From Eledone cirrhosa (Eukaryota), in assembly GCA_964016885.1 (NCBI GenBank), contig OZ024742.1:375472001-375536000 (forward strand): a stretch of DNA of 64,000 nucleotides, read 5' to 3'. The first letter of the stretch is position 1. Every line of letters begins with the position of its first letter. The notes below the pieces were generated by a model. That model saw only the letters and a program-made list of their open reading frames with translations, did no database searches and was not told where the DNA came from. A program made the position numbers and the translations under genes. This document shows positions 26,401 to 40,200 of the stretch, piece by piece.

Positions 26401-29400
26401 CTGTGCTTTTGTTTTCTTCTGTGCTTTTGACTTCTTCTGTGCCTTTGTCTTCTTCTGTGCCTTTGACTTCTTCTGTGCTTTTGACTTCTTCTGTGCCTTT
26501 GACTTCTTCTGTGCTTTTGACTTCTTCTGTGCCTTTGTCTTCTTCTGTGCCTTTGACTTCTTCTGTGCCTTTGACTTCTTCTGTGCTTTTGTTTCCTTCT
26601 GTGCTTTTGACTTCTTCTGTGCCTTTGACTTCTTCTGTGCCTTTGACTTCTTCTGTGCCTTTGACTTCTTCTGTGCCTTTGACTTCTTCTGTGCTTTTGT
26701 TTTCTTCTGTGCCTTTGACTTCTTCTGTGCCTTTGATTTCTTCTGTGCCTTTGACTTCTTCTGTGCCTTTGACTTCTTCTGTGCTTTTGACTTCTTCTGT
26801 GCCTTTGACTTCTTCTGTGGTTTTGACTTCTTCTGTGCCTTTGACTTCTTCTGTGCCTTTGTCTTCTTCTGTGCTTTTGACTTCTTCTGTGCCTTTGACT
26901 TCTTCTGTGCTTTTGTTTTCTTCTGTACTTTTGACTTCTTCTGTGCCTTTGACTTCTTCTCTGCCTTTGACTTCTTCTGTGCTTTTGACTTCTTCTGTGC
27001 CTTTGACTTCTGCTGTGCCTTTGACTTCTTCTGTGCTTTTGACTTCTTCTGTGCCTTTGACTTCTTCTGTGCCTTTGTCTTCTTCTGTGCCTTTGACTTC
27101 TTCTGTGCTTTTGTTTTCTTCTGTGCTTTTGACTTCTTCTGTGCCTTTGAATTCTTCTGTGCCTTTAACTTCTTCTGTGCTTTTGACTTATACTGTGCCA
27201 TTGACTTCTTCTGTGCCTTTGACTTCTTCTGTGCTTTTGACTTCTTCTGTGCCTTTGACTTCTTCTGTGCCTTTGACTTCTTCTGTGCCTTTGTCTTCTT
27301 CTGTGCCTTTGACCTCTTCTGTGCATTTGACTTCTTCTGTGCTTTTGTTTTCTTCTGTGCTTTTGACTTCTTCTGTGCCTTTGTCTTCCTCTGTGCCTTT
27401 GACTTCTTCTGTGCTTTTGACTTCTTCTGTGCCTTTGACTTCTTCTGTGCTTTTGACTTCTTCTGTGCCTTTGACTTCTTCTGTGCCTTTGTCTTCTTCT
27501 GTGCCTTTGACTTCTTCTGTGCCTTTGTCTTCTTCTGTGCTTTTGACTTCTTCTGTGCCTTTGTCTTCTTCTGTGCCTTTGTCTTCTTCTGTGCTTTTGT
27601 CTTCTTCTGTGCCTTTGTCTTCTTCTGTGCCTTTGACTTCTTCTGTGCCTTTGTCTTCTTCTGTGCTTTTGTTTTCTTCTGTGCTTTTGACTTCTTCTGT
27701 GCCTTTGACTTCTTCTGTGCCTTTGACTTCTTCTGTGCTTTTGACATCTTCTGAGCCTTTGACTTCTTCTGTGCCTTTGACTTCTTCTGTGCCTTTGTCT
27801 TCTTCTGTGCCTTTGACTTCTTCTGTGCTTTTGTCTTCTTCTGTGCCTTTGACTTCTTCTGTGCTTTTGACTTCTTCTGTGCCTTTGACTTCTTTTGTGC
27901 TTTTGTTTTCTTCTGTGCTTTTGACTTCTTCTGTGCCTTTGACTTCTTCTGTGCCTTTGACTTCTTCTGTGCCTTTGACTTCTTCTGTGCTTTTCTCTTC
28001 TTCTGTGCCTTTGACTTCTTCTGTGCTTTTGTCTTCTTCTGTGCCTTTGACTTCTTCTGTGCTTTTGACTTCTTCTGTGCCTTTGACTTCTTCTGTGCTT
28101 TTGTTTTCTTCTGTGCCTTTGACTTCTTCTGTGCCTTTGACTTCTTCTGTGCATTTGACTTCTTCTGTGCTTTTGACTTCTTCTGTGCCTTTGACTTCTT
28201 CTGTGCCTTTGTCTTCTTCTGTGCCTTTGACTTCTTCTGTGCCTTTGTCTTCTTCTGTGCTTTTGACTTCTTCTGTGCCTTTGTCTTCTTCTGTGCTTTT
28301 GACTTCTTCTGTGCCTTTGTCTTCTTCTGTGCCTTTGTCTTCTTCTGTGCTTTTGTCTTCTTCTGTGCCTTTGTCTTCTTCTGTGCCTTTGTCTTCTTCT
28401 GTGCCTTTGTCTTCTTCTGTGCTTTTGTTTTCTTATGTGCTTTTGACTTCTTCTGTGCCTTTGACTTCTTCTGTGCCTTTGACTTCTTCTGTGCTTTTGA
28501 CATCTTCTGTGCCTTTGACTTCTTCTGTGCCTTTGACTTCTTCTGTGCCTTTGTCTTCTTCTGTGCCTTTGACTTCTTCTGTGCTTTTGTCTTCTTCTGT
28601 GCCTTTGACTTCTTCTGTGCCTTTGACTTCTTTTGTGCTTTTGTTTTCTTCTGTGCTTTTGACTTCTTCTGTGCCTTTGACTTCTTCTGTGCCTTTGACT
28701 TCTTCTGTGCCTTTGACTTCTTCTGTGCTTTTCTCTTCTTCTGTGCCTTTGACTTCTTCTGTGCTTTTGTCTTCTTCTGTGCCTTTGACTTCTTCTGTGC
28801 TTTTGACTTCTTCTGTGCCTTTGACTTCTTCTGTGCTTTTGTTTTCTTCTGTGCCTTTGACTTCTTCTGTGCCTTTGACTTCTTCTGTGCATTTGACTTC
28901 TTCTGTGCTTTTGACTTCTTCTGTGCCTTTGACTTCTTCTGTGCCTTTGACTTCTTCTGTGCCTTTGACTTCTTCTGTGCCTTAGACTTCTTCTGTGCTT
29001 TTGTTTTCTTCTGTGCTTTTGACTTCTTCTGTGCCTTTGTCTTCTTCTGTGCCTTTGACTTCTTCTGTGCTTTTGACTTCTTCTGTGCCTTTGACTTCCT
29101 CTGTGCCTTTGACTTCTTCTGTGCCTTTGTCTTCTTCTGTGCCTTTGGCTTCTTCTGTGCCTTTGACTTCTTCTGTGCTTTTGTTTCCTTCTGTGCTTTT
29201 GACTTCTTCTGTGCCTTTGACTTCTTCTGTGCCTTTGACTTCTTCTGTGCTTTTGACTTCTTCTGTGCCTTTGACTTCTTCTGTGCCTTTGACTTCTTCT
29301 GTGCTTTTGACTTCTTCTGTGCCTTTGACTTCTTCTGTGCCTTTGTCTTCTTCTGTGCCTTTGACTTCTTCTGTGCTTTTGTTTTCTTCTGTGCTTTTGA

Positions 29401-29440
29401 CTTCTTCTGTGCCTTTGAATTCTTCTGTGCCTTTAACTTC
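14480..29440. repeat. Near-identical tandem duplication, period 7515 bp (second copy 72 bp shorter)
   Basis: ORF pairs offset by 7515: 15668/23183, 16981/24496, 17349/24864, 18888/26403. The offset drops to 7443 at 21552/28995 and 21990/29433 after loss of four monomers near 27400. Boundaries are approximate. Confidence 0.95.
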
Positions 29441-31009
29441 TTCTGTGCTTTTGACTTATACTGTGCCATTGACTTCTTCTGTGCCTTTGACTTCTTCTGT
29501 GCTTTTGACTTCTTCTGTGCCTTTGACTTCTTCTGTGCCTTTGACTTCTTCTGTGCCTTTGTCTTCTTCTGTGCCTTTGACCTCTTCTGTGCCTTTGACT
29601 TCTTCTGTGCTTTTGTTTTCTTCTGTGCTTTTGACTTCTTCTGTGCCTTTGTCTTCTTCTGTGCCTTTGACTTCTTCTGTGCCTTTGACTTCTTCTGTGC
29701 CTTTGACTTCTTCTGTTCTTTTGACTTCTTCTGTACCTTTGACTTCTTCTGTGCTTTTGACTTCTTCTGTGCCTTTGACTTCTTCTGTGCTTTTGACTTC
29801 TTCTGTGCATTTGACTTCTTCTGTGCCTTTGTCTTCTTCTGTGCCTTTGACTTCTTCTGTGCCTTTGTCTTCTTCTGTGCTTTTGACTTCTTCTGTGCCT
29901 TTGTCGTCTTCTGTGCCTTTGTCTTCTTCTGTGCTTTTGTCTTCTTCTGTGCCTTTGTCTTCTTCTGTGCCTTTGTCTTCTTCTGTGCCTTTGTCTTCTT
30001 CTGTGCTTTTGTTTTCTTCTGTGCTTTTGACTTCTTCTGTGCCTTTGACTTCTTCTGTGCCTTTGACTTCTTCTGTGCCTTTGACTTCTTCTGTGCTTTT
30101 CTCTTCTTCTGTGCCTTTGACTTCTTCTGTGCTTTTGTCTTCTTCTGTGCCTTTGACTTCTTCTGTGCTTTTGACTTCTTCTGTGCCTTTGACTTCTTCT
30201 GAGCTTTTGTTTTCTTCTGTGCCTTTGACTTCTTCTGTGCCTTTGACTTCTTCTGTGCATTTGACTTCTTCTGTGCTTTTGACTTCTTCTGTGCCTTTGA
30301 CTTCTTCTGTGCCTTTGTCTTCTTCTGTGCCTTTGACTTCTGTGCCTTTGTCTTCTTCTGTGCTTTTGACTTCTTCTGTGCCTTTGTCTTCTTCTGTGCC
30401 TTTGTCTTCTTCTGTGCTTTTGTCTTCTTCTGTGCCTTTGTCTTCTTCTGTGCCTTTGTCTTCTTCTGTGCCTTTGTCTTCTTCTGTGCTTTTGTTTTCT
30501 TCTGTGCTTTTGACTTCTTCTGTGCCTTTGAATTCTTCTGTGCTTTTGACATCTTCTGTGCCTTTGACTTCTTCTGTGCCTTTGACTTCTTCTGTGCCTT
30601 TGTCTTCTTCTGTGCATTTGACTTCTTCTGTGCTTTTGTCTTCTTCTGTGCCTTTGACTTCTTCTGTGCTTTTGACTTCTTCTGTGCCTTTGACTTCTTT
30701 TGTGCTTTTGTTTTCGTCTGTGCTTTTGACTTCTTCTGTGCCTTTGACTTCTTCTGTGCCTTTGACTTCTTCTGTGCCTTTGACTTCTTCTGTGCTTTTC
30801 TCTTCTTCTGTGCCTTTGACTTCTTCTGTGCTTTTGTCTTCTTCTGTGCCTTTGACTTCTTCTGTGCTTTTGACTTCTTCTGTGCCTTTGACTTCTTCTG
30901 TGCCTTTGACTTCTTCTGTGCATTTGACTTCTTCTGTGCTTTTGACTTCTTCTGTGCCTTTGAGTTCTTCTGTGCCTTTGACTTCTTCTGTGCCTTTGAC
31001 TTCTTCTGT

Positions 31010-34000
31010 GCCTTAGACTTCTTCTGTGCTTTTGTTTTCTTCTGTGCCTTTGACTTCTTCTGTGCCTTTGTCTTCTTCTGTGCCTTTGACTTCTTCTGTG
31101 CTTTTGACTTCTTCTGTGCCTTTGACTTCTTCTGTGCCTTTGACTTCTTCTGTGCCTTTGTCTTCTTCTGTGCCTTTGACTTCTTCTGTGCCTTTGACTT
31201 CTTCTTTGCTTTTGTTTCCTTCTGTGCTTTTGACTTCTTCTGTGCCTTTGACTTCTTCTGTGCCTTTGACTTCTTCTGTGCCTTTGACTTCTTCTGTGCC
31301 TTTGACTTCTTCTGTGCTTTTGTTTTCTTCTGTGCCTTTGACTTCTTCTGTGCCTTTGATTTCTTCTGTGTCTTTGACTTCTTCTGTGCCTTTGACTTCT
31401 TCTGTGCTTTTGACTTCTTCTGTGCCTTTGACTTCTTCTGTGGTTTTGACTTCTTCTGTGCCTTTGACTTCTTCTGTGCCTTTGTCTTCTTCTGTGCTTT
31501 TGACTTCTTCTGTGCCTTTGTCTTCTTCTGTACTTTTGACTTCTTCTGTGCCTTTGACTTCTTCTCTGCCTTTGACTTCTTCTGTGCTTTTGACTTCTTC
31601 TCTGCCTTTGACTTCTTCTGTGCTTTTGACTTCTTCTGTGCCTTTGACTTCTTCTGTGCCTTTGTCTTCTTCTGTGCCTTTGACTTCTTCTGTGCTTTTG
31701 TTTTCTTCTGTGCTTTTGACTTCTTCTGTGCCTTTGAATTCTTCTGTGCCTTTAACTTCTTCTGTGCTTTTGACTTATACTGTGCCATTGACTTCTTCTG
31801 TGCCTTTGACTTCTTCTGTGCTTTTGACTTCTTCTGTGCCTTTGACTTCTTCTATGCCTTTGACTTCTTCTGTGCCTTTGTCTTCCTCTGTGCCTTTGAC
31901 CTCTTCTGTGCCTTTGACTTCTTCTGTGCTTTTGTTTTCTTCTGTGCTTTTGACTTCTTCTGTGCCTTTGTCTTCTTCTGTGCCTTTGACTTCTTCTGTG
32001 CCTTTGACTTCTTCTGTGCCTTTGACTTCTTCTGTTCTTTTGACTTCTTCTGTACCTTTGACTGCTTCTGTGCTTTTGACTTCTTCTGTGCCTTTGACTT
32101 CTTCTGTGCTTTTGTTTCCTTCTGTGCTTTTGACTTCTTCTGTGCCTTTGACTTCTTCTGTGCCTTTGACTTCTTCTGTGCCTTTGACTTCTTCTGTGCC
32201 TTTGACTTCTTCTGTGCCTTTGTCTTCTTCTGTGCTTTTGTCTTCTTCTGTGCCTTTGTCTTCTTCTGTGCCATTGTCTTCTTCTGTGCCTTTGTCTTCT
32301 TCTGTGCTTTTGTTTTCTTCTGTGCTTTTGACTTCTTCTGTGCCTTTGACTTCTTCTGTGCCTTTGACTTCTTCTGTGCTTTTGACATCTTCTGAGCCTT
32401 TGACTTCTTCTGTGCCTTTGACTTCTTCTGTGCCTTTGTCTTCTTCTGTGCCTTTGACTTCTTCTGTGCTTTTGCTTTCTTCTGTGCTTTTGACTTCTTC
32501 TGTGCCTTTGCTTTCTTCTGTGCTTTTGACTTCTTCTGTGCCTTTGACTTCTTCTGTGCCTTTGACTTCTTCTCTGCCTTTGACTTCTTCTGTGCTTTTG
32601 ACTTCTTCTGTGCCTTTGACTTCTTCTGTGCTTTTGACTTCTTCTGTGCCTTTGACTTCTTCTGTGCCTTTGTCTTCTTCTGTGCCTTTGACTTCTTCTG
32701 TGCTTTTGTTTTCTTCTGTGCCTTTAACTTCTTCTGTGCCTTTGACTTCTTCTGTGCCTTTAACTTCTTCTGTGCTTTTGACTTCTTCTGTGCCTTTGAC
32801 TTCTTCTGTGCCTTTGACTTCTTCTGTGCTTTTGACTTCTTCTGTGCCTTTGACTTCTTCTGTGCCTTTGACTTCTTCTGTGCCTTTGTCTTCTTCTGTG
32901 CCTTTGACTTCTTCTGTGCCTTTGACTTCTTCTGTGCTTTTGTTTTCTTCTGTGCTTTTGACTTCTTCTGTGCCTTTGACTTCTTCTGTGCCTTTGACTT
33001 CTTCTGTGCCTTTGACTTATCCTGTGCCTTTGACTTCTTCTGTGCTTTTGTTTTCTTCTGTGCTTTTGACTTCTTCTATGCCTTTGACTTCTTCTGTGCC
33101 TTTGTCTTCTTCTGTGCCTTTGACTTCTTCTGTGCCTTTGACTTCTTCTGTGCTTTTGTTTTCTTCTGTGCTTTTGACTTCTCCTGTGCCTTTGACTTCT
33201 TCTGTGCCCTTGAATTCTTCTGTGCCTTTGACTTCTTCTGTGCATTTGACTTCTTCTGTGCTTTTGTTTTCTTCTGTGCTTTTGACTTCTTCTGTGCCTT
33301 TGTCTTCTTCTGTGCCTTTGACTTCTTCTGTGCTTTTGACTTCTTCTGTGCTTTTGACTTCTTCTGTGCCTTTGACTTCATCTGTGCTTTTGACTTCTTC
33401 TGTGCCTTTGACTTCTTCTGTGCTTTTGACTTCTTCTGTGCCTTTGACTTCTTCTGTGCCTTTGACTTCTTCTGTGCTTTTGACTTCTTCTGTGCTTTTG
33501 ACTTCTTCTGTGCCTTTGACTTCTTCTGTGCTTTTGACTTCTTCTGTGCCTTTGACTTCTTCTGTGCTTTTGACTTCTTCTGTGCCTTTGACTTCTTCTG
33601 TGCCTTTGACTTCTTCTGTGCTTTTGACTTCTTCTGTGGCTTTGACTTCTTCTGTGCTTTTGACTTCTTCTGTGCCTTTGACTTCTTCTGTGCCTTTGAC
33701 TTCTTCTGTGCTTTTGACTTCTTCTGTGCTTTTGACTTCTTCTGTGCCTTTGACTTCTTCTGTGCTTTTGACTTCTTCTGTGCTTTTGACTTCTTCTGTG
33801 CCTTTGACTTCTTCTGTGCCTTTGTCTTCTTCTGTGCCTTTGACTTCTTCTGTGCCTTTGACTTCTTCTGTGCTTTTGTTTTCTTCTGTGCTTTTGACTT
33901 CTTCTGTGCCTTTGACTTCTTCTGTGCCTTTGACTTCTTCTGTGCCTTTGACTTATCCTGTGCCTTTGACTTCTTCTGTGCTTTTGTTTTCTTCTGTGCT

Positions 34001-37000
34001 TTTGACTTCTTCTGTGCCTTTGTCTTCTTCTGTGCCTTTGACTTCTTCTGTGCCTTTGACTTCTTCAGTGCCTTTGACTTCTTCTGTGCCTTTGACTTCT
34101 TCTGTGCTTTTGACTTCTTCTGTGACTTTGACTTCTTCTGTGCTTTTGACTTCTTCTGTGCATTTGACTTCTTCTATGCCTTTGACTTCTTCTGTGCCTT
34201 TGTCTTCTTCTGTGCCTTAGACTTCTTCTGTGCTTTTGTTTTCTTCTGTGCCTTTGACTTCTTCTGTGCCTTTGTCTTTTTCTGTGCCTTTGACTTCTTC
34301 TGTGCTTTTGACTTCTTCTGTGCCTTTGACTTCTTCTGTGCCTTTGATTTCTTCTGTGCCTTTGTCTTCTTCTGTGCCTTTGACTTCTTCTGTGCCTTTG
34401 ACTTCTTCTGTGCTTTTGTTTCCTTCTGTGCTTTTGACTTCTTCTGTGCCTTTGACTTCTTCTGTGCCTTTGACTTCTTCTGTGCCTTTGACTTCTTCTG
34501 TGCCTTTGACTTCTTCTGTGCTTTTGTTTTCTTCTGTGCCTTTGACTTCTTCTGTGCCTTTGATTTCTTCTGTGTCTTTGACTTCTTCTGTGCCTTTGAC
34601 TTCTTCTGTGCTTTTGACTTCTTCTGTGCCTTTGACTTCTTCTGTGGTTTTGACTTCTTCTGTGCCTTTGACTTCTTCTGTGCCTTTGTCTTCTTCTGTG
34701 CTTTTGACTTCTTCTGTGCCTTTGTCTTCTTCTGTACTTTTGACTTCTTCTGTGCCTTTGACTTCTTCTCTGCCTTTGACTTCTTCTGTGCTTTTGACTT
34801 CTTCTCTGCCTTTGACTTCTTCTGTGCTTTTGACTTCTTCTGTGCCTTTGACTTCTTCTGTGCCTTTGTCTTCTTCTGTGCCTTTGACTTCTTCTGTGCT
34901 TTTGTTTTCTTCTGTGCTTTTGACTTCTTCTGTGCCTTTGAATTCTTCTGTGCCTTTAACTTCTTCTGTGCTTTTGACTTATACTGTGCCATTGACTTCT
35001 TCTGTGCCTTTGACTTCTTCTGTGCTTTTGACTTCTTCTGTGCCTTTGACTTCTTCTATGCCTTTGACTTCTTCTGTGCCTTTGTCTTCTTCTGTGCCTT
35101 TGACCTCTTCTGTGCCTTTGACTTCTTCTGTGCTTTTGTTTTCTTCTGTGCTTTTGACTTCTTCTGTGCCTTTGTCTTCTTCTGTGCCTTTGACTTCTTC
35201 TGTGCCTTTGACTTCTTCTGTGCCTTTGACTTCTTCTGTTCTTTTGACTTCTTCTGTACCTTTGACTGCTTCTGTGCTTTTGACTTCTTCTGTGCCTTTG
35301 ACTTCTTCTGTGCTTTTGTTTCCTTCTGTGCTTTTGACTTCTTCTGTGCCTTTGACTTCTTCTGTGCCTTTGACTTCTTCTGTGCCTTTGACTTCTTCTG
35401 TGCCTTTGACTTCTTCTGTGCCTTTGTCTTCTTCTGTGCTTTTGTCTTCTTCTGTGCCTTTGTCTTCTTCTGTGCCATTGTCTTCTTCTGTGCCTTTGTC
35501 TTCTTCTGTGCTTTTGTTTTCTTCTGTGCTTTTGACTTCTTCTGTGCCTTTGACTTCTTCTGTGCCTTTGACTTCTTCTGTGCTTTTGACATCTTCTGAG
35601 CCTTTGACTTCTTCTGTGCCTTTGACTTCTTCTGTGCCTTTGTCTTCTTCTGTGCCTTTGACTTCTTCTGTGCTTTTGCTTTCTTCTGTGCTTTTGACTT
35701 CTTCTGTGCCTTTGCTTTCTTCTGTGCTTTTGACTTCTTCTGTGCCTTTGACTTCTTCTGTGCCTTTGACTTCTTCTCTGCCTTTGACTTCTTCTGTGCT
35801 TTTGACTTCTTCTGTGCCTTTGACTTCTTCTGTGCTTTTGACTTCTTCTGTGCCTTTGACTTCTTCTGTGCCTTTGTCTTCTTCTGTGCCTTTGACTTCT
35901 TCTGTGCTTTTGTTTTCTTCTGTGCCTTTAACTTCTTCTGTGCCTTTGACTTCTTCTGTGCCTTTAACTTCTTCTGTGCTTTTGACTTCTTCTGTGCCTT
36001 TGACTTCTTCTGTGCCTTTGACTTCTTCTGTGCTTTTGACTTCTTCTGTGCCTTTGACTTCTTCTGTGCCTTTGACTTCTTCTGTGCCTTTGTCTTCTTC
36101 TGTGCCTTTGACTTCTTCTGTGCCTTTGACTTCTTCTGTGCTTTTGTTTTCTTCTGTGCTTTTGACTTCTTCTGTGCCTTTGACTTCTTCTGTGCCTTTG
36201 ACTTCTTCTGTGCCTTTGACTTATCCTGTGCCTTTGACTTCTTCTGTGCTTTTGTTTTCTTCTGTGCTTTTGACTTCTTCTATGCCTTTGACTTCTTCTG
36301 TGCCTTTGTCTTCTTCTGTGCCTTTGACTTCTTCTGTGCCTTTGACTTCTTCTGTGCTTTTGTTTTCTTCTGTGCTTTTGACTTCTTCTATGCCTTTGAC
36401 TTCTTCTGTGCCTTTGTCTTCTTCTGTGCCTTTGACTTCTTCTGTGCCTTTGACTTCTTCTGTGCCCTTGAATTCTTCTGTGCCTTTGACTTCTTCTGTG
36501 CCTTTGACTTCTTCTGTGCCCTTGAATTCTTCTGTGCCTTTGACTTCTTCTGTGCCTTTGACTTCTTCTGTGCTTTTGTTTTCTTCTGTGCTTTTGACTT
36601 CTTCTATGCCTTTGACTTCTTCTGTGCCTTTGTCTTCTTCTGTGCCTTTGACTTCTTCTGTGCCTTTGACTTCTTCTGTGCTTTTGTTTTCTTCTGTGCT
36701 TTTGACTTCTTCTATGCCTTTGACTTCTTCTGTGCCTTTGTCTTCTTCTGTGCCTTTGACTTCTTCTGTGCCTTTGACTTCTTCTGTGCCCTTGAATTCT
36801 TCTGTGCCTTTGACTTCTTCTGTGCATTTGACTTCTTCTGTGCTTTTGTTTTCTTCTGTGCTTTTGACTTCTTCTGTGCCTTTGTCTTCTTCTGTGCCTT
36901 TGACTTCTTCTGTGCTTTTGACTTCTTCTGTGCTTTTGACTTCTTCTGTGCCTTTGACTTCATCTGTGCTTTTGACTTCTTCTGTGCCTTTGACTTCTTC

Positions 37001-40000
37001 TGTGCTTTTGACTTCTTCTGTGCCTTTGACTTCTTCTGTGCCTTTGACTTCTTCTGTGCTTTTGACTTCTTCTGTGCTTTTGACTTCTTCTGTGCCTTTG
37101 ACTTCTTCTGTGCTTTTGACTTCTTCTGTGCCTTTGACTTCTTCTGTGCTTTTGACTTCTTCTGTGCCTTTGACTTCTTCTGTGCCTTTGACTTCTTCTG
37201 TGCTTTTGACTTCTTCTGTGGCTTTGACTTCTTCTGTGCTTTTGACTTCTTCTGTGCCTTTGACTTCTTCTGTGCCTTTGACTTCTTCTGTGCTTTTGAC
37301 TTCTTCTGTGCTTTTGACTTCTTCTGTGCCTTTGACTTCTTCTGTGCTTTTGACTTCTTCTGTGCTTTTGACTTCTTCTGTGCCTTTGACTTCTTCTGTG
37401 CCTTTGTCTTCTTCTGTGCCTTTGACTTCTTCTGTGCCTTTGACTTCTTCTGTGCTTTTGTTTTCTTCTGTGCTTTTGACTTCTTCTGTGCCTTTGACTT
37501 CTTCTGTGCCTTTGACTTCTTCTGTGCCTTTGACTTATCCTGTGCCTTTGACTTCTTCTGTGCTTTTGTTTTCTTCTGTGCTTTTGACTTCTTCTGTGCC
37601 TTTGTCTTCTTCTGTGCCTTTGACTTCTTCTGTGCCTTTGACTTCTTCAGTGCCTTTGACTTCTTCTGTGCCTTTGACTTCTTCTGTGCCTTTGACTTCT
37701 TCTGTGCTTTTGACTTCTTCTGTGCCTTTGACTTCTTCTGTGCTTTTGACTTCTTCTGTGACTTTGACTTCTTCTGTGCTTTTGACTTCTTCTGTGCATT
37801 TGACTTCTTCTATGCCTTTGACTTCTTCTGTGCCTTTGTCTTCTTCTGTGCCTTTGACTTCTTCTGTGCCTTTGACTTCTTCTGTGCTTTTGTTTTCTTC
37901 TGTGCTTTTGACTTCTTCTGTGCCTTTGACTTCTTCTGTGCCTTTGACTTCTTCTGTGCCTTTGACTTCTTCTGTGCCTTTGACTTCTTCTGTGCCTTTG
38001 ACTTCTTCTGTGCCTTTGTCTTCTTCTGTGCTTTTGTCTTCTTCTGTGCCTTTGTCTTCTTCTGTGCCATTGTCTTCTTCTGTGCCTTTGTCTTCTTCTG
38101 TGCTTTCGTTTTCTTCTGTGCTTTTGACTTCTTCTGTGCCTTTGACTTCTTCTGTGCCTTTGACTTCTTCTGTGCTTTTGACATCTTCTGAGCCTTTGAC
38201 TTCTTCTGTGCCTTTGACTTCTTCTGTGCCTTTGTCTTCTTCTGTGCCTTTGACTTCTTCTGTGCTTTTGTCTTCTTCTGTGCCTTTGACTTCTTCTGTG
38301 CTTTTGCTTTCTTCTGTGCTTTTGACTTCTTCTGTGCCTTTGCTTTCTTCTGTGCTTTTGACTTCTTCTGTGCCTTTGACTTCTTCTGTGCCTTTGACTT
38401 CTTCTCTGCCTTTGACTTCTTCTGTGCTTTTGACTTCTTCTGTGCCTTTGACTTCTTCTGTGCTTTTGACTTCTTCTGTGCCTTTGACTTCTTCTGTGCC
38501 TTTGTCTTCTTCTGTGCCTTTGACTTCTTCTGTGCTTTTGTTTTCTTCTGTGCCTTTAACTTCTTCTGTGCCTTTGACTTCTTCTGTGCCTTTAACTTCT
38601 TCTGTGCTTTTGACTTCTTCTGTGCCTTTGACTTCTTCTGTGCCTTTGACTTCTTCTGTGCTTTTGACTTCTTCTGTGCCTTTGACTTCTTCTGTGCCTT
38701 TGACTTCTTCTGTGCCTTTGACTTCTTCTGTGCCTTTGACTTCTTCTGTGTCTTTGACTTCTTCTGTGCTTTTGTCTTCTTCTGTGCCTTTGACTTCTTC
38801 TGTGCTTTTGCTTTCTTCTGTGCTTTTGACTTCTTCTGTGCCTTTGTTTTCTTCTGTGCTTTTGACTTCTTCTGTGCCTTTGTTTTCTTCTGTGCTTTTG
38901 ACTTCTTCTATGCCTTTGACTTCTTCTGTGCCTTTGTATTCTTCTGTGCCTTTGACTTCTTCTGTGCCTTTGACTTCTTCTGTGCTTTTGTTTTCTTCTG
39001 TGCTTTTGACTTCTCCTGTGCCTTTGACTTCTTCTGTGCCCTTGAATTCTTCTGTGCCTTTGACTTCTTCTGTGCATTTGACTTCTTCTGTGCTTTTGTT
39101 TTCTTCTGTGCTTTTGACTTCTTCTGTGCCTTTGTCTTCTTCTGTGCCTTTGACTTCTTCTGTGCTTTTGACTTCTTCTGTGCTTTTGACTTCTTCTGTG
39201 CCTTTGACTTCATCTGTGCTTTTGACTTCTTCTGTGCCTTTGACTTCTTCTGTGCTTTTGACTTCTTCTGTGCCTTTGACTTCTTCTGTGCCTTTGACTT
39301 CTTCTGTGCTTTTGACTTCTTCTGTGCTTTTGACTTCTTCTGTGCCTTTGACTTCTTCTGTGCTTTTGACTTCTTCTGTGCCTTTGACTTCTTCTGTGCT
39401 TTTGACTTCTTCTGTGCCTTTGACTTCTTCTGTGCCTTTGACTTCTTCTGTGCTTTTGACTTCTTCTGTGCCTTTGACTTCTTCTGTGCTTTTGACTTCT
39501 TCTGTGCCTTTGACTTCTTCTGTGCCTTTGACTTCTTCTGTGCTTTTGACTTCTTCTGTGCTTTTGACTTCTTCTGTGCCTTTGACTTCTTCTGTGCTTT
39601 TGACTTCTTCTGTGCTTTTGACTTCTTCTGTGCCTTTGACTTCTTCTGTGCCTTTGTCTTCTTCTGTGCCTTTGACTTCTTCTGTGCCTTTGACTTCTTC
39701 TGTGCTTTTGTTTTCTTCTGTGCTTTTGACTTCTTCTGTGCCTTTGACTTCTTCTGTGCCTTTGACTTCTTCTGTGCCTTTGACTTATCCTGTGCCTTTG
39801 ACTTCTTCTGTGCTTTTGTTTTCTTCTGTGCTTTTGACTTCTTCTGTGCCTTTGTCTTCTTCTGTGCCTTTGACTTCTTCTGTGCCTTTGACTTCTTCAG
39901 TGCCTTTGACTTCTTCTGTGCCTTTGACTTCTTCTGTGCCTTTGACTTCTTCTGTGCTTTTGACTTCTTCTGTGCCTTTGACTTCTTCTGTGCTTTTGAC

Positions 40001-40200
40001 TTCTTCTGTGACTTTGACTTCTTCTGTGCTTTTGACTTCTTCTGTGCATTTGACTTCTTCTATGCCTTTGACTTCTTCTGTGCCTTTGTCTTCTTCTGTG
40101 CCTTTGACTTCTTCTGTGCCTTTGACTTCTTCTGTGCTTTTGTTTTCTTCTGTGCTTTTGACTTCTTCTGTGCCTTTGACTTCTTCTGTGCCTTTGACTT
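31010..40200. repeat. Duplication of period 3204 bp with internal expansion, followed by a partial third copy (offset 2250-2628 bp)
   Basis: ORF pairs 31026/34230, 31852/35056 and 32760/35964 (+3204). The offset grows to 3582-3636 after extra sub-duplications at ~36270-36790. Third-copy markers: 35592/38184, 36963/39213, 37810/40060. Confidence 0.9.
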
